64,000 nt of DNA. Source: a virus. A program made the translations under genes and the position numbers. The notes below the pieces were generated by a model, which was given only the letters and a program-made list of their open reading frames with translations, ran no database searches and was not told the origin of the DNA. The stretch covers positions 7,878 through 71,877 of IMG/VR virus record IMGVR_UViG_3300005340_000004. One strand, written 5' to 3'. Positions 1 through 8,651 of this stretch are shown here, one piece after another. Within the stretch, counting starts at the first letter, position 1. Each line of letters starts with the position of its first letter.

Positions 1-590
1 CATACCGGAGGGGCGGCCCCATCCGAAGTAAGGATGTATCCCAAGGTTCCTGCTCCAATTCGGATGTTCGATCCTGCGGAGTAGGTAATTAAGTCTCCGG
101 GGTTTGTAAGAGGAGACAATGCATCAAAAGCATCGGTTGCATTATCTTTTCCAGTTCCTCCGTCTGCAATATCCAACGGAGTCAGAAGTGCGTTGGAATA
201 ACCGGATGGTGCAATTTGTCTTGAAATTGCGATGTTTGTTCCCGGAGAGGCGTTGCCCGATGCGCCAGTGTTTTCTAACTCAAGAACAAGGTTGTCTATT
301 GAAACTACCGTAAAAACTCCGGCTGTTTGAACATACAGTGGCTGTCCAAGAGCGGGCCATGTTCCGTTCAAAACAGGAATTTCTACGCTACTCCCAATAG
401 CAGGCATAACAAATGCCACTGTGGAAAATGTAAAAGCGTTTACTCCGTTTGTGCCATCAGCCCCCGGTTCGCCTTGCTCGCCTTGGGGGCCAGGAGGCCC
501 TTGGGACGGCTCCGGCGCGAGGCATCTGTTTGCATCACAGCAGCAACCATGAAAGGCTAGGGTCTCGTTTGAGCAATTGCAGCAGGCCAT
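1..590 (-). CDS. Tail fibre / virion fibre protein, N-terminal part; runs off the left edge and is absent from the ORF track
   Basis: Manual translation from ATG at 590: MACCNCSNETLAFHGCCCDANRCLAPEPSQGPPGPQGEQGEPGADG...PLDIADGGTG...PGDLITY...GYILTSDG. Open to base 1. Short collagen stretch plus 'IADGGTG' and 'GDLI' fibre motifs. Confidence 0.75.
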   Translation of the reverse strand, partial: MACCNCSNETLAFHGCCCDANRCLAPEPSQGPPGPQGEQGEPGADGTNGVNAFTFSTVAFVMPAIGSSVEIPVLNGTWPALGQPLYVQTAGVFTVVSIDNLVLELENTGASGNASPGTNIAISRQIAPSGYSNALLTPLDIADGGTGKDNATDAFDALSPLTNPGDLITYSAGSNIRIGAGTLGYILTSDGAAPPV

Positions 591-638
591 CGGTGTCTTT
601 ATCCGATAGCCTGCCAGAGTTTAACTTGCAATCAGAAA

Positions 639-2018
639 CTACGCAGCCGCCAAAGATTCTTTCTCTTTGCGAATCTTGGAAAGCTGCACTGGGCTGATGC
701 TGAATCTTTTTAGAGTTTCAGACCAAGCGTTATCCCCTTTCGTCAAAGTAGATTGATAGAAGGCCCAAACTTCCTCTGGATCAATCTGCTTCTTTTCTTC
801 CACGGAAACCTTCTTAACCTTTCCTTTGGTTTTCTTGGAAACTTTCTTTGCGGCTTTGCGATCAATCCTTGCTTGGAGGCGAGCGTAAATACGCATCTCT
901 TCTTCGCTTAGATCGTCGGTGTCGTGCTCTGGATCATTCAGGGGTGAGGATTGCATTTTGTTGTTATCTAGGATTGCTCCAGCCCATTTCACAGGAGTTT
1001 TTGCATTCGGCCCAACAGACAAATCTTCCAAAGAAACTACACGCTCCGAAACCACGGTTCCAGATACAGCTGTTCCATCCGGCATCTCTACATTACGACG
1101 AGGTTCCGCACGGTGACCATGCAGCCACTCCACAATCTCAACAAGGCTTTCATCCTTGCAGCCGTGAATCATTGCTGGGCCTGTATAAGCCTTACGGTGG
1201 ATTTGGAAGGTTGAGCTTCCGGTGTTGTCTGCGTCAGTGTCTGCTACGACCGTTACAAACTCTCCGTCTTGCGCCACTCGGTAGTTTTCGGTGTGCCAAC
1301 CATGGCCGATTAGATCGGTGGAAGTAAGTCGGGTGTAGCCGTGTTCGTTGCGCTGGCAGATTTCATTCTGCAAGGCTACGTCAACCGGGTCTTCGCCTTC
1401 TGCGGCCTGCTGGAGCCAATTGATGTGCTGCTGCATGGCTCGGTCATACATGCCAACTAGAACCATGTGTTCACCATCGATAAACTTTGCTCCAAGCTGG
1501 AGGGGTTTTCCATCGTCGATTGGTTGGCCATCTTTGTCACGACTAACTTCTCCCCGCTCCAAAACTTCCTGACGAAGCGTAGGAACGACTTTGCCCAAGA
1601 AGGGCTTCTGAGCCATGGTGTATTGAGCTTGGAGGCGATCAAGGCAACCGGCATGGAGAGGAATGCAATCCGGCTCCCACCAGAAGAATGAACCATTGGG
1701 TTGACGGTAGTCTCCGCGATATCCTGTCGGTCCTTCGCTTGGAAGTGGGTTGCGGAGATGCGCTGCTGCTGAAGCGAACATCTTGTTCGGTCCTTTGGGC
1801 CATCCTTCCGCAATTTCGTGCGGGATGGAAAATCGCTCGACTTGCGAGAAGGCCTTCCGACCAGCGTTAAATACGCGCTCGATTAGAGAGGCTGGAGTGT
1901 TGTGTGGATAGACGAGGAAAAGCGTGTGGTTCTGGACTTGTTCCAGTTTGCTCCACAGGTCGAGCATGGAGGCGGCTTTTTCGGCGTCTTTTGAGAAGAA
2001 TGGGATTGTTACGATCAT
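639..2018 (-). CDS. Putative GT-A-like glycosyltransferase with basic/charged C-terminal extension
   Basis: 459 aa. FFWWEPDCIPL (DxD-like) followed by LDRLQAQY...KPFLG; late AMIHGCKD motif. Confidence 0.4.
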   Translation of the reverse strand: MIVTIPFFSKDAEKAASMLDLWSKLEQVQNHTLFLVYPHNTPASLIERVFNAGRKAFSQVERFSIPHEIAEGWPKGPNKMFASAAAHLRNPLPSEGPTGYRGDYRQPNGSFFWWEPDCIPLHAGCLDRLQAQYTMAQKPFLGKVVPTLRQEVLERGEVSRDKDGQPIDDGKPLQLGAKFIDGEHMVLVGMYDRAMQQHINWLQQAAEGEDPVDVALQNEICQRNEHGYTRLTSTDLIGHGWHTENYRVAQDGEFVTVVADTDADNTGSSTFQIHRKAYTGPAMIHGCKDESLVEIVEWLHGHRAEPRRNVEMPDGTAVSGTVVSERVVSLEDLSVGPNAKTPVKWAGAILDNNKMQSSPLNDPEHDTDDLSEEEMRIYARLQARIDRKAAKKVSKKTKGKVKKVSVEEKKQIDPEEVWAFYQSTLTKGDNAWSETLKRFSISPVQLSKIRKEKESLAAA

Positions 2019-2020
2019 GG

Positions 2021-2374
2021 TTAAATTTCCTGTAGGGTTTCTGCGATTTTGTAACGAGGCGGCCAGTTATTGTTAACTTCTGGGGGCTTGGAGGTGGCGT
2101 CAGCTAGAGCCATTTTCCCTTTTGAATTTTTGTAAACAGGAGAGTCCACAAACCCCATGTGCCCCACTACATCAACCCCTTCTTCTGGGCAGTTTTCTTG
2201 CGGCAAGATTTCTCCACAATTTCGGCAGGCCAGAATAGTTACAATCTCTTTCGAGAAAAATTCATCCCTATTGGCAATCACTGGATATTTCCCTTGAGCA
2301 TCTACAACGGGAGGAGTGACAGAAGACTTGCTAATCTCTGCCCATCGCCATTCATGTTGGCATTCTTTAAACAT
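2021..2374 (-). CDS. Hypothetical protein (CxH...CxxC)
   Basis: 117-aa ORF tightly packed in the minus-strand operon. Confidence 0.55.
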   Translation of the reverse strand: MFKECQHEWRWAEISKSSVTPPVVDAQGKYPVIANRDEFFSKEIVTILACRNCGEILPQENCPEEGVDVVGHMGFVDSPVYKNSKGKMALADATSKPPEVNNNWPPRYKIAETLQEI

Positions 2375-2377
2375 AAT

Positions 2378-2689
2378 TTAGTTTTCGATTACAGTGTGAA
2401 CTTGTGAGATGTGCATGAGTAGAACTTCCTCGCCGTCTTCTTCCAATTTCTTGGCGGCATCAGGAACATTGCTGAACGAGATTTTATCTCCCACCTTGAA
2501 AGGCCATGCTTCTGGATTTTCTTTGGTGAGGATTTTCTTTCCTTTCTCCGTCAGAAAGTAGGTTCCTAGCCGCTTGACCGTTCCGAAGGCTTCGCTGGTT
2601 AGGTAGTATTCCGGCACCTCCAAAACACTTGAGATGTTTGATGGAAGTGGCGTTACGAGGATTTTTTCTCCGACTGGCTGGATTTTCAT
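2378..2689 (-). CDS. groES: GroES/Cpn10-like co-chaperonin
   Basis: MKIQPVGEKILVTP...GTVKRLG...KVGDKI...DGEEVLLMHISQV follows the Cpn10 pattern. Confidence 0.85.
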   Translation of the reverse strand: MKIQPVGEKILVTPLPSNISSVLEVPEYYLTSEAFGTVKRLGTYFLTEKGKKILTKENPEAWPFKVGDKISFSNVPDAAKKLEEDGEEVLLMHISQVHTVIEN

Positions 2690-2994
2690 GGATATGGAAC
2701 TCCCTTCCCTTTTTGTTCAGGGAATCTATTTTCAAATTTTTCTACAAACTCAGCAGGAACTACTGTTTGCGGGGCATTCGCTGCGTCTACGTATTCCAAA
2801 TCGGATTCTTTCAAATCTGATGTTCCTTGGGGTTGTCCCGAATAAAAATCAACCCTTCCATTCAAAGTTTGGATAATTTCCTGCAATATTCCGCGATCTT
2901 CCGATTCAGAAACGGTCTGTCCGTTTACTTTTTCTTTAACTCGCCACTCCCCGCACAATGCAGGATAAATCTTTTCTCCGGTTGACTGGATCAT
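2686..2994 (-). CDS. Hypothetical protein
   Basis: 102-aa ORF overlapping the groES start by 4 bp. Confidence 0.55.
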   Translation of the reverse strand: MIQSTGEKIYPALCGEWRVKEKVNGQTVSESEDRGILQEIIQTLNGRVDFYSGQPQGTSDLKESDLEYVDAANAPQTVVPAEFVEKFENRFPEQKGKGVPYP

Positions 2995-3275
2995 GGTTTA
3001 ACTTTTAGAATCTGGACCGATTGTAGAAACAACTGAGGCGTGAACGCTTTCAATGTTCTTATCTGGGTATTCCTGCTTGGCTTTGGAAATTGCTTCAACA
3101 ATGCTAGATGCTCTCACATCTACATATTCGTCAGGATTTACCAAAAAGGTGTTTTTCCCTAAATGGTTAACTTCCGACGTTCTGATCGAACTTTTCTCCA
3201 AAAGGCCTACTCTATACACACCATTGATCTTATAAGTCATATTTTTGTTTTAAATCTTTTATTGGACCGGTTGGA

Positions 3276-3443
3276 TTATTTTGAAATCTCCACAGAGATA
3301 ACATTGCAGTAAAATGCTAAAGTCTCTGCGTTAGTTGATCCGTAAAATGTAATTTTACTTCCCTGCGCCGTAAACCATACAGCCTCAACCTCTGCGGTAA
3401 TTAGGTCGTTTTGGTGTCCGTATGTAACTTTGAACTTTTTCAT
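3276..3443 (-). CDS. Small hypothetical protein (55 aa, not in track)
   Basis: Manual translation MKKFKVTYGHQNDLITAEVEAVWF...VEISK*; fills the operon gap. Confidence 0.5.
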   Translation of the reverse strand: MKKFKVTYGHQNDLITAEVEAVWFTAQGSKITFYGSTNAETLAFYCNVISVEISK

Positions 3444-3448
3444 ATTTT

Positions 3449-3790
3449 TCATGCGTCCCCCATTTTAACTTCCGTCCCGCAGAGATAACCATACTCTGCT
3501 GCACGGATTACCACTTCGAGGACTGTTGAGCCGTCAGGAGGGTTAAGTAGGTCTTCTTTGGATAGCTGCCGTCCGTTGGGGAACTCGATCAAATCCTCGC
3601 CAACATCTTCGGTAATTCGTTCGTATGTCATTTTATTGTTATCAATAATTCTGGCTGCTTCCGTGTAGCTATACCTAGAACCATCCTCTTTTCGGTTTTC
3701 TTTGCGAAACTTATGGATGGCTTCTGCTTTCTTTAGGCTGTGCTCGACCAGATGCTTTTTGTAAGCAGTTTTGATCTGACGCTCGCTCAT
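3449..3790 (-). CDS. Hypothetical protein
   Basis: 113-aa ORF coupled to its neighbours. Confidence 0.55.
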   Translation of the reverse strand: MSERQIKTAYKKHLVEHSLKKAEAIHKFRKENRKEDGSRYSYTEAARIIDNNKMTYERITEDVGEDLIEFPNGRQLSKEDLLNPPDGSTVLEVVIRAAEYGYLCGTEVKMGDA

Positions 3791-3975
3791 CCCACCCGCT
3801 TAATCCGCAATGGATTTTTGACGAACTCAACCGTTACCTTGTTCTCTACGAAGGACGCGGAACCTCCATCCATATAGATGTTGTCGGCTTCAATGCTTTC
3901 CGTAACTTCTTCTCCTTTGGAGTTGACGTAGGTAACGACATAGTATGGTTCTTGTGGCGTATCTGACATATCTTG

Positions 3976-5940
3976 TTATTTCTTGTGGGTTGCGTGTAGC
4001 CACCGATAAAGCTCTCCTCCTTTGTGGCCTTTCGGCTCATTAGGGGTTCTGAACTGTGGTGCGGTGTGCAGAGTTTTTATCTCAAGAGGCTTAGGCTTGT
4101 CAATGCTATTTACAGGAAAGATGTCTGCCCAAGGGTTTCGTTGAGTCTTATTTATTCCTGGGACTGCTCCGAATCTTTCTCGGAGGAGAAAAAGTCCAAT
4201 GAAGAGGGTATCTCCCAAATCTGGTGACTGCCCCTTGTGGCGGTCACGGTAGTCATCCTTTGTTTCGACGGACTTCTTGCCTCCCTTGTCTTCATAGAAT
4301 CGCTCTGAAAGTTCCTTTGCCACATCCTGTCTTAGCCCTGCGAGTTGACGCTTTAGGAGAAATTTTCTGCCGATAATCCACAGCTCAGAAACCTTCCGGT
4401 CAAAGTAGTCCGAGCATTTCTTGGGCTTTCCTTCTTTATCCAGTTCATCCATCAACAGCTTTTCAGTGGGCTTGCCGTTGAAATCTACGAGTAGAATTTC
4501 CCGGCTCCAGAGGGCATGAAAAAGCGATCCAATGGCGTCGTGGCTGGTTGCATCCACGGCCACGTTAAAAGGGGGAATGCCGAGCTTGTCGGCCAAATCC
4601 CGCACCTTCTTGACCATGGACATGTGGTAGCTTTCCTCGTCGGTCGAGCCTTCAATCTTTAGGTCATATTGTTCCTGCAAATAGAGGAATGGGTAGTCTC
4701 GGTCTTTTTCATCAACCTTTCCTTGTCCCCATTTAATATGATCGACGACGAATCTGTCCCCGCCCCCTTTGGCTGGGTCAACTGATAGAATACTGATTGG
4801 AGGGAATAACCAGCTTACGCCCATCTCCATTGCGCCATATTGGAACAAATCGCCTTGGGGATAGATGGTGTTAACATCCACATCAGAAGGAGGCCAGAAG
4901 CCCCGGCACTGACGCCAGAAGTCAGGGTCTTTAACGCCCTTCCCTTCAAGTTCCGCTTTAACGCGATCCGTTCTTTTGAGATAGAGGTAACGATCTAAAA
5001 CCTCGGGATTGTATTCGCTAAAATCAGGGGTTCCGTCTGCCGTCCAAGAGATGTCTTCTCGGTCGTCAAAGTTAGGAGAGTCGTAGCCGTCAAGGTGCAG
5101 ACAAACTCCTTTAATTCCTTCGATTTCAATGGGCCATTCCTTGCTTTCAACGCCAATACTACCCCATCCTCCAACCGGAGTGCAAAACTGGCCGTGAGGG
5201 TCGAGGCGATTTGCAGCGTTCCCGGTGCATTTCATCTCAAACTTTGGATTGTTCGCCAAGTTGGTTGCTGCCCTGAACACAGAGTCCGAACAGTCCTGGG
5301 CCTCATCCCACAGGATAATCACCTTTCCTTCTGCGGACTTGATGCCTTGAAGTTTTTCGAGCGCGTTGTCTCGGTCTTTGTCGCCCGCCGCGATGAGGTA
5401 GATAGAATTTCCTTTTGCGCTATTCGCAGAATCGGAAAGAGTAATATACATCTCTCGGTCGGAAATTTTGAATCCTGTCAGTCCTCTCAGTCGGACCTCT
5501 CGATACCTCTTGTTGAACTCAAGCCAGATACGGCCTTTTGCAGCTTCCTTTGTCGTGGTCAGAACTGCGATAATGGAGTTCTCAGGATCGGAGATGTAGG
5601 TAGCCAGCCCATACAGCACCATGATTGTGCTTTTGAGAGAGGAAGCTGAACCTGTGAATCCCGTCATGCGGGTTTCGCAGATTTTCTTCGCCTGCCATTC
5701 TGACCACCTATTCCATTCGTAGGATGGCCAAAAATTTTCGCAGATGTTTTTGAAATGAAGATATTTTCCTAGACCCCCATCTTCCTCTTTCAGCCCAAGC
5801 TTGAAAGCCTCTAGCTCAATCGCGATCTTGGCAGCAGAAGCGTCTAGTGAGATGTCTACACTCGGCCATTCGTGCTGATACCGAACCCAGATTTTTGTTC
5901 CGTCTGGATGGGTTCTTTTACTGAGAGGGTAGCTGGACAT
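3976..5940 (-). CDS. terL: Terminase large subunit
   Basis: Walker A-like GSASSLKST, Walker B IILWDEAQ, coupling motif TGN, RNase H-like nuclease SVDPAKGGGD...AVDAT...SPDLGD. Confidence 0.9.
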   Translation of the reverse strand: MSSYPLSKRTHPDGTKIWVRYQHEWPSVDISLDASAAKIAIELEAFKLGLKEEDGGLGKYLHFKNICENFWPSYEWNRWSEWQAKKICETRMTGFTGSASSLKSTIMVLYGLATYISDPENSIIAVLTTTKEAAKGRIWLEFNKRYREVRLRGLTGFKISDREMYITLSDSANSAKGNSIYLIAAGDKDRDNALEKLQGIKSAEGKVIILWDEAQDCSDSVFRAATNLANNPKFEMKCTGNAANRLDPHGQFCTPVGGWGSIGVESKEWPIEIEGIKGVCLHLDGYDSPNFDDREDISWTADGTPDFSEYNPEVLDRYLYLKRTDRVKAELEGKGVKDPDFWRQCRGFWPPSDVDVNTIYPQGDLFQYGAMEMGVSWLFPPISILSVDPAKGGGDRFVVDHIKWGQGKVDEKDRDYPFLYLQEQYDLKIEGSTDEESYHMSMVKKVRDLADKLGIPPFNVAVDATSHDAIGSLFHALWSREILLVDFNGKPTEKLLMDELDKEGKPKKCSDYFDRKVSELWIIGRKFLLKRQLAGLRQDVAKELSERFYEDKGGKKSVETKDDYRDRHKGQSPDLGDTLFIGLFLLRERFGAVPGINKTQRNPWADIFPVNSIDKPKPLEIKTLHTAPQFRTPNEPKGHKGGELYRWLHATHKK

Positions 5941-6304
5941 TAAGCGGCAGTTGGCTCTACTTTTGGAGGATCATAGTCGGCATTTTTCTTCAGGCTCATT
6001 ACATTTTCATAGAGGTAAAACATGTAATATTTACAAAAATGACTTGCGATGTCTGCTTCAGAATCCTCTAGGGACCACAGCCAACATTGCATCTGAGTTC
6101 TAATCTTAGCTATAACAACAACCCTCCAAAAATCCGTAATCACAAACTTTATTCCATAGTTGGAATATAAACCTTCTCCGCATTGATAAATAGCAATAAT
6201 CAATCTCCAATAAAAAACCAAGGGATTGGATTCGTGGTCTATCATTCTTGCGAACAACATATCCCAATAGCTTTTAGAATACGGCCATTCTCTAAATTCC
6301 TCGC

Positions 6305-6523
6305 TCATTTCTTGTTATCAATAAAACTCTTCAGAGGCCGTCCTCGTTTCCCTTTTCGTTTAGGTTGGAAGTTTCTGCGCCGCCGCTGATACTCATTCTT
6401 CTTTTCCCTGCACCACTCACAAAGATTGGTTGGTCCTTTGTTCTCCACTCCACAGTTTCCGCAGAGTCCCTTTAGGACGCGTAGGATGAAATGAAGGCGC
6501 TGTCGAGAAACTGGCTTCACCAA
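6305..6523 (-). CDS. Small basic Zn-finger protein
   Basis: CGNCG...CEWC followed by an Arg/Lys-rich tail. Confidence 0.5.
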   Translation of the reverse strand: MVKPVSRQRLHFILRVLKGLCGNCGVENKGPTNLCEWCREKKNEYQRRRRNFQPKRKGKRGRPLKSFIDNKK

Positions 6524-7115
6524 ACTTAAATACCTACGCGCTCAGACAAAATTGAGATTCGCGCCGATGCGTATCCAATTTTCTTACGAAGTTCGCGGAC
6601 TTGCTCGCCAAGAGGAGAAAGCAGTTCCTCGGGCGAGGAGGGGGTCTTACACTCTTCTGCGTATTCAGGATGCAATACAGGATTGATTTTGTGCCCCAAA
6701 ACCTCAATCATTTTGAAAACAGTTTCAATGGCATCATCCGATACTCGCAATTCATTGTAAATAGGTCCGCAGAGTTCTTCGCAGGCTGTGTTTTGGCCTG
6801 CCGCCAAATCCATTAGCGCGTTTCGTTTCATGTTTGTATTAGTTGCTGTATTCATGGTTTTTTAGTGTAACGTCGTAAATCAGGATGGTGTCGCCTTGTT
6901 TGATCTTCAGGTAGATTTGAGCGGGCTTGTTCGGCTGAATGGTGAAAATGATCTGCTCATCATCCTTGCAGACTTTTTTGAAAATTGGTTCCTCGCTGCG
7001 GGCAATTCCGATGGCTGAACCGATAATGAACAAGACGATCAAAACCAAGACGATGGTGTAGTTTCTGGTTTTGGTGTTCATTCTTCTGTGTTAAACTACT
7101 TCCAACTTTTCGTCA

Positions 7116-7430
7116 ATGCTATTTACATCATGGCTCGATCTGGCTGTCTGTGGACTTGCTGTGTTCAGGTTGACGGTCCTGATTGTGGATGATGAAGGGC
7201 CTTGGTCGGTCTTTAAGAATCTGAGATTATGGACGAGTCGCATGGCTCGCAAACATACTTGGTTCCGTAAGTCGGCCTATCATCGCGGGATTAGGTGCCA
7301 CAAATGCGTTTGTGTCTACTCCTCAGCTTTTGTGCTGCTCATCCATCATAACCCCGTAGGAGTCATTTTGGTTGCATTGCTGGCCCTCTCTGGATTGTCC
7401 ATTCTGTTGAATCGGATTCCCGAGGCTTGA
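7116..7430 (+). CDS. Small membrane protein, DUF1360-like
   Basis: LAVFRLTVLIVDDEGPW...CHKCVCVY plus hydrophobic segments. Confidence 0.55.
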   Translation: MLFTSWLDLAVCGLAVFRLTVLIVDDEGPWSVFKNLRLWTSRMARKHTWFRKSAYHRGIRCHKCVCVYSSAFVLLIHHNPVGVILVALLALSGLSILLNRIPEA

Positions 7431-7578
7431 TTTATCGAAAACAATAATCCTGGCGGTCTGCCTACAATACTGACAGACATAAGCCCCTGCGATTACTTGG
7501 ATCGCTGCCCGACAGCATGAAGATGCTTTCGTTTCTCCCTTATAGACTTATCGGGGATTTTTCTCAAGGAGAATCGCC

Positions 7579-7607
7579 TTGACGTAAATCCAACTCGTGT
7601 TCATGTT
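7579..7607 (+). promoter_or_regulatory. Putative sigma70-type promoter for the tRNA transcript
   Basis: TTGACG-N17-CATGTT upstream of the tRNAs. Confidence 0.4.
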
Positions 7608-7694
7608 GTCAGGGGTTCCAGGGACTTGCAACGGCGGGTTCGCTCCAGCGGCCTAGTCGTGCTTGGAAAGCAAAACTAGGCCGCATCCATTTTT

Positions 7695-7769
7695 GCATCA
7701 GTAACTCAGTGGTAGAGTCTCAGTTTTCCAAACTGGTGGCCGAGAGTTCGATCCTCTCCTGATGCTCCA
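7695..7769 (+). tRNA. trnG: tRNA-Gly (anticodon TCC), CCA encoded
   Basis: Acceptor GCATCAG/CTGATGC, D arm ACTC/GAGT, anticodon arm TCAGT-TTTCCAA-ACTGG, T arm GAGAG-TTCGATC-CTCTC, then T-CCA. Confidence 0.95.
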
Positions 7770-7773
7770 TTTT

Positions 7774-7847
7774 GATTGCGTAGCTCAATCGGATAGAGCA
7801 TCGCCCTTCTAAGGCGGCGGCTGAAAGTTCAAATCTTTCCGCAATCG
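7774..7847 (+). tRNA. trnR: tRNA-Arg (anticodon TCT)
   Basis: Acceptor GATTGCG/CGCAATC, D arm GCTC/GAGC, anticodon arm TCGCC-CTTCTAA-GGCGG, T arm GAAAG-TTCAAAT-CTTTC. Confidence 0.93.
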
Positions 7848-7862
7848 GTTCCAAAAATCTTG

Positions 7863-7890
7863 TTGACCAATTTATTGTTTTCGATAAATT
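7863..7890 (+). promoter_or_regulatory. Putative late promoter (TTGACC-N16-TAAATT) with the 16-bp motif in its spacer
   Basis: TTGACCAATTTATTGTTTTCGATAAA is identical over 26 bp to 45410-45435 (minus strand) upstream of the capsid gene. Confidence 0.65.
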
Positions 7891-7894
7891 CATT

Positions 7895-8630
7895 CTTGTT
7901 CGACGGTTGCCCCCGTAAGAGCGAGAATTTCATCGCATGATGATCCGATCCGTAGGGGGCAACCTCGGGTCGGATTTTTCTTTTTGTATGAAGCGAAAGC
8001 AGTTCCCGAAAAGAGTCCTTCCTTGTTGGACCGCGAGAGGATAACTGCGTTAACGAATCCGCTTCGGAACACAGCCGCCTAAACCTAGTGATTCTGCTCG
8101 GCAGTAGAGCTAGCGCGACAAACAACCGATACCTCAAAGCCCGTGAAAAGGGCCGATCCGAAAGGGAGGACAATTCCCTGAGTTACTGCGGGAGCGCGCG
8201 GCTTCATAGGATCGGTAAGAACCGTTGGAAACTGACTCCTCGTCCTATACCCATGGTCCCTGAAATAACTGGAGCGGCGATAGGTTCTGAAGATTACAAA
8301 CTAGGTGGATACCTCGTCGTTAGCGAAAGGAATTTAAGAAACTCCCTCTGCAAACCAGTAACGCGGCAGGTTCCAATAAAGCCCTTCCTTTTTCTTTTAA
8401 GAAAACTTGGATAGGGTCTTTTGTTTCTACGTTGCCTGAGCCTGCCCCATGGGAGGCGAATTCAGAGGGAAGTTTACAACTAGGACGCGCGACTGCCTAC
8501 CAGAAGAGCAATAGCGATCAACAAGACCGATACCGCCAAGAGTTGAGGCCAAACGTAGGAGGTTGCTGCAAAGATTAGAGCAATGAGAGCGAGGATGAAA
8601 ACTGGTGTAAGCATACCAGTTTTACGATTC
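7895..8630 (+). ncRNA. Candidate large structured non-coding RNA
   Basis: No convincing ORF, many nested helices (see findings), GNRA-type loop, follows tRNAs and its own promoter, ends in a hairpin at 8598-8623. Confidence 0.6.
8598..8623. terminator. Hairpin, probable bidirectional terminator
   Basis: AAAACTGGT-N8-ACCAGTTTT between convergent units. Confidence 0.5.
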
Positions 8631-8651
8631 TCCCTTTATAAGCGGTTGCCT

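Noticed and set aside
119-697. Plus-strand ORFs at the left end
   Set aside because: Shadows of the minus-strand fibre gene at 1..590.
7648-7684. SRP (4.5S) RNA
   Set aside because: GGAA loop is present but the CAGG/AGCA internal loop is missing.
7905-7975. HDV-like ribozyme
   Set aside because: Pseudoknot order is similar, but P3/L3, P1.1 and P4 are absent.
7829-8414. ORFs 7829..8173(-), 7890..8072(-) and 8088..8414(+) as proteins
   Set aside because: No recognisable motifs, mutually overlapping, one overlaps tRNA-Arg. The dense base pairing is better explained by an RNA.
7895-8630. RNase P RNA, tmRNA or group I/II intron identity for the ncRNA
   Set aside because: No GAGGAAAGUCC, no tRNA-like ends or tag frame, no intron core motifs seen, and no interrupted host gene.
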